Shown in pieces: positions 8,083-16,100 of a stretch of DNA of 32,000 nt. Origin of the DNA: Candidatus Iainarchaeum sp. (GTDB lineage: Archaea; Iainarchaeota; Iainarchaeia; Iainarchaeales; 0-14-0-20-30-16). Both the position numbers and the translations under genes were made by a program. The notes beneath the pieces are model-generated. The model was not told the origin of the DNA. It worked only from the letters and a program-made list of their open reading frames with translations, and made no database searches. Every line of letters starts with the position of its first letter. The stretch's first letter is position 1. The stretch lies in assembly GCA_028710695.1 (NCBI GenBank), contig JAQTTP010000003.1:60001-92000 (forward strand), read 5' to 3'.

Positions 8083-8712
8083 ATGCAAACCACATTAGAA
8101 GATTTTTTTGAGATTGCATCCAAGCCTACTTGGAGATCACTTCTTCTGGATATTATTAAAAAAAATCAAATAGATCTTTGGAAAATTGATGTTTCTTTGA
8201 TTGCTGAAAAATATCTTAAAGAAATAGAATTCTTAAAAGTAAGTAATTTTGAAATACCTTTGAATGGGGTTTTGATTTGTTCTATTTTGCTAAAATATAA
8301 AGCAAATAGGCTTGTTTCTTTCTTTGAGCTTGCAAAAGAGATTGAGGAAGAACTTAAAGCAGAAGAAAAACTGGAAAACTTTGAGGAAATCTCTCAAGAA
8401 GAAACTAAGCTTGATAGTTTTGTAGAATCTTTAAAAGGTCTGACAGGCCCTGAAAAGAAAAAGTATCCTAAAAAGATACATTATGTGGAGTTAAAAAGGC
8501 CACAAAAAGACTTCAAAACGATCTTGCAATACATAGAGGAAGAGGCAAGGAAAATCGAAGGAAAAACAACGTTTTTTGACTTTAAGCAGAGATTCTCAGA
8601 TACAAGTCCTGCAGAAGTGTTTTACTCTTTGTTGTTTATACATAAAGAAGAGAAAATCGCCCTTGTACAGAACGATCAATATGGGGATTTTACTATAAAA
8701 GCAGGTAAATAG
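8083..8712 (+). CDS. scpA: Segregation and condensation protein A (ScpA, kleisin of SMC complex)
   Basis: The N-terminal WRSLLLDIIKKNQIDLWKIDVSLIAEKYLKEI matches the ScpA signature (LDLLLhLIkkneiDIydIpia.it.qYL). The C-terminal FYSLLFIHKEEKIALVQNDQYGDFTI matches the ScpA winged-helix end. A strong SD aggtgat sits 5 nt upstream of the ATG. Confidence 0.8.
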   Translation: MQTTLEDFFEIASKPTWRSLLLDIIKKNQIDLWKIDVSLIAEKYLKEIEFLKVSNFEIPLNGVLICSILLKYKANRLVSFFELAKEIEEELKAEEKLENFEEISQEETKLDSFVESLKGLTGPEKKKYPKKIHYVELKRPQKDFKTILQYIEEEARKIEGKTTFFDFKQRFSDTSPAEVFYSLLFIHKEEKIALVQNDQYGDFTIKAGK

Positions 8713-8738
8713 TTCGATTAGATAGAAGGATATGTATA

Positions 8739-8762
8739 TATTCTTTTTCTCTAGAAAGAATA
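8739..8762 (+). terminator. Hairpin with internal T-run downstream of scpA
   Basis: tattcttt (8739-8746) and aaagaata (8755-8762) are a perfect 8-bp inverted repeat. A T5 run lies inside, 27 nt after the scpA stop. It overlaps a TATA-like atatgtatata (8730-8740) that could serve rpl40e. Confidence 0.3.
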
Positions 8763-8789
8763 TTATTGTATTTTTAAGGAGATGTTAAC

Positions 8790-8945
8790 ATGGTAATGAA
8801 TCCTATAGCAGAAAATAGATATTTAAAGGGAAAATGGGTTTGTATGAACTGTAACGCTACTATGAGGGGCAGCAAGCAGCCAATAAAATGTAGAAAATGC
8901 GGTTTAACCCAAATCAGACAGAAGAAAAAACAAAGAAAGAAGTAG
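8790..8945 (+). CDS. rpl40e: 50S ribosomal protein L40e (zinc-ribbon)
   Basis: The 51-aa ORF was translated by hand and is absent from the supplied track because it is under 60 aa: MVMNPIAENRYLKGKWVCMNCNATMRGSKQPIKCRKCGLTQIRQKKKQRKK*. The CxxC...CxxC spacing, basic tail and size fit archaeal L40e. An SD aaggag sits 8 nt upstream. The start could instead be the ATG at 8796. Confidence 0.75.
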   Translation: MVMNPIAENRYLKGKWVCMNCNATMRGSKQPIKCRKCGLTQIRQKKKQRKK

Positions 8946-9007
8946 AGTTACTATTTTTTCCGAAGAATTGTCGAGCTTTGGCGAGACTTTTCTTTGGGCA
9001 ACTTACA

Positions 9008-9028
9008 CTTTCTTTTAATAAAAGAAAG
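9008..9028. repeat. Polypyrimidine/polypurine palindromic hairpin 6 nt upstream of tRNA-Arg
   Basis: ctttctttt (9008-9016), loop aat, aaaagaaag (9020-9028): a perfect 9-bp stem. Confidence 0.6.
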
Positions 9029-9034
9029 GGCAGT

Positions 9035-9108
9035 GACCTTGTAGCCTAATCGGATAAGGCACCAGCCTTCTAAGCTGGGGATTGTGGGTTCGAGTCCCAC
9101 CGAGGTCG
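9035..9108 (+). tRNA. tRNA-Arg (anticodon TCT), 74 nt, no encoded CCA, no intron
   Basis: Folded by hand. Acceptor gaccttg/cgaggtc (one G-U pair); D stem gcct/aggc; anticodon stem ccagc/gctgg with loop ctTCTaa; variable ggatt; T arm gtggg-ttcgagt-cccac; discriminator g. Confidence 0.9.
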
Positions 9109-9113
9109 TTCCA

Positions 9114-9138
9114 AGCTTTTCTTTGATAAAGAAAAGCT
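9114..9138. repeat. Polypyrimidine/polypurine palindromic hairpin 5 nt downstream of tRNA-Arg (possible bidirectional terminator)
   Basis: agcttttcttt (9114-9124), loop gat, aaagaaaagct (9128-9138): a perfect 11-bp stem. Read on either strand it presents a T-rich arm. Confidence 0.6.
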
Positions 9139-9203
9139 CCGGTCCATCAAAAGAAACCCCTGCGGGCGCAAATTGGCTTTTTGCATTTTTTCTAAAAATA
9201 CCG

Positions 9204-9217
9204 GAGTCCCACCGAGG
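9204..9217 (+). repeat. Second copy of the 3' end of tRNA-Arg (direct repeat, att-like)
   Basis: gagtcccaccgagg at 9204-9217 is identical to 9092-9105 (T-loop end, T-stem 3' strand and acceptor 3' strand of the tRNA). The match continues as tc after a 1-nt insertion. This is GC-rich sequence in AT-rich surroundings. Confidence 0.7.
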
Positions 9218-9219
9218 AT

Positions 9220-9945
9220 CTAAAGAATTTGTTCTATAATTGAACCCATTCTTTTGATTAACTCTTCTTTTATTTTCTGAGTGGTGGGATAATTATTTAT
9301 TATTTCTTCAAGTAGAGCTAGAATCCGTTTTTCTCCAAAATATTCATAATGATTGTATAAAATGCACATATAATCTTCTCTAAATGCTCTAAATATGTTT
9401 GCTGGGTCAGACCAATCAATCTGTTTTCTTTTTGCAAGAGAAAAATCAATAAAATAAACTTTTCCATCTTTGTATGTTGCATTCTGGAAATGCGGGTGTC
9501 CATGTTCTACGCCCAAAGCATGCATTTTTCCTAATTCTCTAAAAAAAGCAGGGAATATGTGTGGGTTAGATGGGTCTTCTAAGACACTTTGTGTAATACT
9601 TTTGCCCATATCCATAAAGGCCATAGGGTGGTGCCCATTTTCTGGAACCTCAAATCTAAAAGGCTCTTCAACATTTACCCCAGAATTATGTAAATATTTA
9701 ACAATATCAAGCTCGTGTTTTGAAACATTTCGAAGGTAAACTTTTTTTCCGCTTTTTGTTATAGCAACACGAGTACATTTTGCAAGTAGTTTCATATGCC
9801 GATCTCTTAATTCTGGGTTACCGTGTCTAACTGCTAGCATTGCTGATGCTTTTATAGCTGTATCTGTGGAATAAATAGATATTTCTTTTGGTTCTAGTCT
9901 TGTTACTTCTGGCCTTTCATAGGGCCGTTTTATTGGCTTTCTCAT
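9220..9945 (-). CDS. Protein-kinase-like fold protein (RIO/Bud32/Kdo-LPS kinase-like), atypical catalytic motif
   Basis: LGKMHALGVEHGHPHFQN resembles the kinase catalytic loop (lH..gi.HGDl...N). DGKVYFIDFSLAK resembles the DFG-region strand. ELDIVKYLHNSGVNVEEP resembles the alpha-C/hinge region of RIO/Kdo kinases. No glycine-rich loop was recognised. Assignment is by motif memory only. Confidence 0.45.
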   Translation of the reverse strand: MRKPIKRPYERPEVTRLEPKEISIYSTDTAIKASAMLAVRHGNPELRDRHMKLLAKCTRVAITKSGKKVYLRNVSKHELDIVKYLHNSGVNVEEPFRFEVPENGHHPMAFMDMGKSITQSVLEDPSNPHIFPAFFRELGKMHALGVEHGHPHFQNATYKDGKVYFIDFSLAKRKQIDWSDPANIFRAFREDYMCILYNHYEYFGEKRILALLEEIINNYPTTQKIKEELIKRMGSIIEQIL

Positions 9946-10067
9946 AATATATAATCAGTTAAGAAAAATATATACTTTGTGGCTTTTGTGGTCACAGAAA
10001 CTCTAATTATTTTACACTTGTTTTAGAACCTTGGTTTCTGGGGGCCAAAAGATAAGCTTTTTAATAC

Positions 10068-10102
10068 CTATAATTATATATATACAGCGATTATCTCTGG
10101 TG
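10068..10102 (+). promoter_or_regulatory. Candidate promoter/SD of giant gene 2
   Basis: The A/T box ctataattatatatatac (10068-10085) lies 23-40 nt upstream of the ATG at 10108. An SD-like ggtg sits at 10099-10102. The TATA position and the SD are hard to reconcile exactly, so confidence is low. Confidence 0.3.
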
Positions 10103-10107
10103 TTTTT

Positions 10108-13100
10108 ATGGGCTTAAGGGACTTTTATTTTGGTTTAGAAGATAAATACTATAAAATGATCGATAAACTTGATACTATTTTTCCTGCACATGCGATTGTG
10201 GATAGAATAGATAAAGTAATGCCTTCAATGATCCTGTTCTTTATTTTATTTGTAGTTATAATTGTTCTAATAATTTGGGCTGTAATTCCGTCCTATGCTC
10301 AAATAAATGTTTCTTTCTTTAATGATGGCTTGAGTTTGAAGGAAAAAATCCCTTTTAGTATGTATATTGGGGATGAAAACTACTCCTTTGTTTCTGACGG
10401 AGGGTCAGCAATAGTAAAAATACCAAAAAGTGATCTGTATAGAATAAAAGTTGATACTTCTAAGTATTCAATAGACAAAGATTACTCTTTTAGTGATGAA
10501 ATAAAAGTTTTATTAGATAAAAAGAAAAAAAATATTCCAATACAAATTTATTTTAAATCTGGATATTCTGATGTAGAATCCGCAAGCGCAATATTTGATT
10601 GTGATAATATTTCAATACCGGATTCTGAAGCAAGTAAAGAAACAAATAATGGATATATTGAGATAACTGTGCCAGAAGATTGTGGAATTTTGAATATTTC
10701 TGCAAGTGCAGAAGGTTATAATTCTAAGAATGATGTTTGTGATTCAACTTCTTGTGTAATTAATTTTGAAAGTGCTACAAGCGTTAGTGATAATGGAAAA
10801 ACAAATATTCCGACTGCAAATATAGTTGTAAAAATTGCAGATAATTTGGGCTCAAAAGATGGACAGGTAACTATTTATGATTCTTCTGATTTGATAAACC
10901 CTGTTGAAACAGGATATTCTTTAAACGGGTATTATAACTCTAAAGCTTTGGCTGTTGGGGGCTATAAAGTTGCTGTTAATGTTGGAACTTATTTGCCACA
11001 AACAAAAACAATAGTTTTGACTGAAGCAGGAATGAATGTTGATTTCATGGTTATGAAAAACACATTAGGAAATGTATTATTAAAAGTTGATGAAGAAACA
11101 GAATTTTCATATAAGTTGAAAGATTTAAATAATAATATATTGGATTCTGGAAATAGTGACAAAGAAGTTGCATTCCTTCCTGTATTTGAGTACGGAAAAT
11201 ACCTGATTGATTTGACTCCAGATAGTAATGAATTTGGAGTAATCTCAAATGAGCAAGTTGAATTTAAAGAAGGCACTTCAGAAATTACCTTGGATTTGAA
11301 AGAGATAACTTCTTTTAACGCTGTTTTAGTTAAATTGCATGTAATTGATGAATCAGAATCTCCAATACAAGGCGCAAAAGCATTTGTGCAAGATTTGTTT
11401 AGCGGATTTGAAGTGTTTAGTTATAACTTCCCAGAAACTGATGAAAATGGAGACACTCAACTTCCCATTACTGAAGAAGGGGCTTACTCTTTTAGAGTTT
11501 ACAAAGGTTATTCAGAAGGAATGAGCGAGCAAGTAACAATTACTTTTGAGCCAGGAACTGAAATGCCAGAAGAAGAGTTGGATGTTGTAATTTATTTGGG
11601 AAATGGAAGTTTTAATATAACTGTTTTGGATGAATTAGATTATGTTGTGCCATTTGCACAAATTGATTTTTATACAAAAGGACTGACAAAAAAATCAGGA
11701 ACAAAATTAACTGATAATGCTGGAAAATTATTATTTTCATTAAAAGCAGGAACAGAAAAATTCTTTGTGGCATCTAAAGAAGGCTATATGCCATTCTATA
11801 GTGAAGCAAGGTTTTTAACTCCTGCAAATATTTGGGATATAAATGCAAATTTAGAACCACAAAAACTAAAAGAGGATGATGAAAAAGCAAGAGTTGAATA
11901 CTTGGGTGTATTTGATGCTCTTGGCGGAGAACCAACTAATTTCGAAGTTGATAAAGCAGTATATTTGGGTTATGATATCCACCTTTACACTGATGTGGAT
12001 GAAATGAACTTCGAATATACTACTGGAAAAGAAACAACAACTGTAGAACAAGATTCTTTATTTATTTTTGATAGTAGTTCTTCATCACAAGTGGATTCAA
12101 TGTATGAAGATCTGGAAAAAACAATTTACACTGAGGATAAAGGAAAAATATTAACTGCAAAATGGACTACTGGATTGGATTCTGCAAAAGTGGAAAAAGG
12201 AATTTATAGGATCTATGTGAAAGTAATGGTTAGAAATGATAGCTCAGTATCTTTGTACGAACCATTGAATATAAAATGGAAATTATATTTGGATGAAAAG
12301 TTAAATTCAAGCGAAGAAAAAGAATATTTCTTAGGAAGTAGTTTGGATTGTAGTGATATGTTTTGTGCAAAAACATCTTTATTGGACATTGAAAACCAAA
12401 TCTATGTTGAAAATATTGGAAATGTAAATAAAAATGAACAAAAATATCCTTTAGTAATTGGAAAGAAGTATAAAACTGAATTCACCTTAATGAACGGAAT
12501 AACTGCAAGCGATGGAGAAATTGAAAATGGATACTTGAAAGCACACACAGCAACAAGTTCAGATACAAGTTTCATGGCTGTTGAAAATGATGTTGATAAA
12601 TATAATTTCTATCAATTTTCAAATATATCTTTGAGTGGACCAAACAGCGAGAGCCAATATTATGGCGCCGCAAAAACAATTTTAGTAGATAAATATAATT
12701 TCACAAAATTCTTTGCAAATAAAACAATTTCTGGAAGCTTTAATTTAATTCCAACTTATGATAATGGGAATTACATTAACTTTTGGGTTATAGATTCTGA
12801 TAAACAAGTTCCAGTAAGGGGGGCTCCAGCATTTAATTATTGGTTTGTGCCTGATGCACCACACTCTCTGAGCATAAAACTATTCCCTAATACTTTGTTA
12901 GTGCCAAATAAAGTTCAGAATTTGAAAGTGTATGTTTATGATGAACTTGAAAGTGTTGTAAAAGACGCAAAAGTAGTTGTATTAAAGAAAGCACCTAATG
13001 ACTCAGTATACAAAACTGTGCAAGGTTGTAATAACTTAACAACTGATTATGAGGGCAAAGTAGTTTGTGAACTTCCGCCTTTTGAACCTAATACCTTTAT

Positions 13101-16100
13101 ACAAGTGTTGGCTTACAAAGAAGGATACAAGAGCTACAAGCATAATGATTTATTGCCTGATTTGAAAGTTGTGGAAGAAATAATTTCTTTTAATCCTGCG
13201 AAATTGGATATTACAATTTCATATCCTAAAGAAAAAGCAGTGGTTGCAGATTTGACAATTGCAAATGCAAGTGCACAGGATTTAATAATAAACAATATTG
13301 ATTTGCAATTTGATAAATATTCTGAAAATTCTAAATTCCTTTTGAACTGGGAAGCAATGGAAGCTTACTTTGAGTCAGAATATAAAGGAAAAGTTATTTA
13401 TGGAATTGAAGAAGATAAAGGAGTAAATGAAACAATTTTGCAAAACTTCTTTAAGGTAATAGCAAATGACACTTTTGATAAGAGTGTATATGCTGATAAA
13501 ATTGGCGGAATAATAAAAGTAACTTTGGATACAAGTCCAGGAACTGTAACTTTGGATATTCCTTTTTCAATAAAATTCAAATTAGATTCTTATCCTGAAA
13601 ATGCAGGAGAGTGTTTGAAGATTTCAATGCTAGAAAAAGATTTCTATATTGAAAAAGCAACAAACACAGAAATCGAAATGATAAATACTTGTTTGTTAGA
13701 TTCTGAAAAATTAACTCCTGCAATATTTGATAAATTATTTTTGTTGCTAACTTTAGAAGATGGAAGTTATAGTATTGTGAATTATAGTTTAACAATACCT
13801 GACAAAGTTTCAAAGAATGTTGATATCGGAGTTCCTGCTTTACTTCTTGAAAATCTGAAAACAGATGTAACAAAACCAGATATGACTGGGTTCTTGGGAA
13901 TGACTCCTAAGTCAGTAAAAGGAAACCAAAAAATTGGAATTAAATTAATGGGTTATGTGACAACGGAATCTGGCCCAGCAAAACTTGAATCTAATACAAT
14001 ATCAATTAATGTAAATACTGTTGAGTTAGCAAATTGTATTGGGGTTTACAATGACAACGGCGAAAAAATAGACAGAATAGATTTTGGTGTGTTTAGTAGT
14101 ATAGAATATTTGGCGACAGCAGAATCAATAAATAATAAAGTTCATGGTCCATCAACAGAAATAGAAATAAAGAACGAATGTTCTGGATCTTTGTTGTATA
14201 TAAGAGCATGTAAAGATAATGAAAATAATTTTAGTCCGGGTTGTGGAAATGAAAACAGCGATGCAAAACTTTCATTCTCTGTTGAAGACTTCACAAAAGG
14301 AATTGAATTGGCTGGTGGCGCAAGCCAAAAAGTAGAGATTTATAGGCCATCAATACCTGGTGCATATGCTTTAGATCTGTGGGTAAAAACAAAAGACCAA
14401 TGGGGCTATAAAAAGATTTATGATGTTAAAACAAATGTAAAAACAACAACCGCATTTGGATACTTTAGTTATAATCCATTCTTGCCTATGTTTGATCTGA
14501 ATACTGATATTACTCCTATGACAAATGGAGACGAATTTGAGTCAGATATAATGTACCTGTTCAATAGAGATTTATGGGTTTCAAAGATGAGTGATTTAGA
14601 GACTCTAGAAAAAATAGCAGAATGTGATACTGGCGGCTCTGGATGTTGGAATTCTTTAGATAGATTAGATCTGAGCTCTGGACTTGGTGACGATGGAGAT
14701 AGTGTAGACAATTCAGAAACTGCGAGAAAAGCAGTATTCTATAGTGGAGTGGGAGTTGCAGGTGTTGGAGTTATTATTTTGATTGGTGTTGCTCTGTGTG
14801 CATCTTCTGTGCCAGTAGCCGGTTGGATTATTGGTGGTGCCGCGGCCATTGCTGCAGGGACATTTGCAATAATTTCTGCATTGGCTCCGGATGACTTTGA
14901 ACAAATAACAGAATATCACTTGTTTGATATGGTTGGGGAAGATATTGCTCTTGATGCTGTGATTTATAGTCAAACTGATAAGAAAACTTATAATTGGCTG
15001 GATGGTACTTCAATGGATCCCGTAAAGTTGACGAGCTTGTTTGGAGAGCGGTATTATGATCTGTATTATGTTAATAAAGAAGTTGCTGGGTCTGTAGGAT
15101 TTGCAGGCGGAGACCACAAGAAAGATTTGTGGTTTACTGTGTATTGTGGAACTGAATATGAGCCAGTTGTAGATGCAATTGTAATAAACGACATAAAAAA
15201 AGAAGTTTGTGGCTGGCCTGAAGATGAACCTTTTGTTGTGAATGGTTCTGATGTTGAATTTAGACCAGATTGTTCTGATGCAGGATTCTTGGACGGATTT
15301 GAACTACATTCACATGTTTATGTTCCTTGTGTTCTAAAACCAAAGAACTGGGTATATGAACAATTCAAAGGTGTAGATTATGGTTTGCCAAATACTGGTT
15401 TGGCAAGAGTAAAATATACTACAAAAGATTTGAAGCCAGGATATAATTACTTTGATGTTGATATGAATGTTATTGGGCTTTTGGATATAGATCCAAAAGA
15501 AGTAAAGTTTAGAGTTTCTTTGTACAACCCTTTATCTGAAGAAGAAAAAATTCTTCCTCTTGGAGACTCTTGTAAGAATCTAAGTGGAGAGATTATTGGT
15601 TATACTGGTGAAAAAGCAAGGCCAAAACTAAAGTTTGTATGGGATTGGCAATCACAGGGGTCTGTTTTGAGCCCATATGAAGATATGAACTTTTGTAATA
15701 CAGATAACTATTGTGACTCAACTCAATTCATGATGAATATGTTCAATAGAATAAATACATTTAATGATGAAATTTTGGATTTGAGTAAGAGCAATGATAT
15801 GGATTTGCCGAAAACAAATCCTCAACCAGAAACACTTAAACCAGAGTATGACTACGATCCTGCAAAAGCAGAATCTCTTGGAGTTAAGTCTGTAAAACTA
15901 GAATTTACTAATTCAAACCTTTTGTATTTGAAAGTATCAAAAGATGTTGATGTAAATGTAAGTAAAATAAGTGTAATAGTTGGTGGGGCAGATGGGTCTT
16001 CTGGAGATATGGCTGTATCTTCTCAAAATCCAAATGTGTTTACTTATACCATATCTGATCAACCAGTTGAAGAATACAAAGATTTAGATGGAAAGAAGTA

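Noticed and set aside
9141-9148. The 8-mer ggtccatc, which follows the hairpin next to tRNA-Arg and also the hairpin next to tRNA-Glu (31593-31600).
   Set aside because: A single shared 8-mer in 32 kb is within chance expectation, and the flanking sequences do not align convincingly.
9318-9739. ORFs 9318-9503 (-) and 9470-9739 (+) inside the kinase-like gene.
   Set aside because: They are alternative-frame or antisense ORFs fully nested in the longer 241-aa ORF, which has recognisable kinase-fold motifs.
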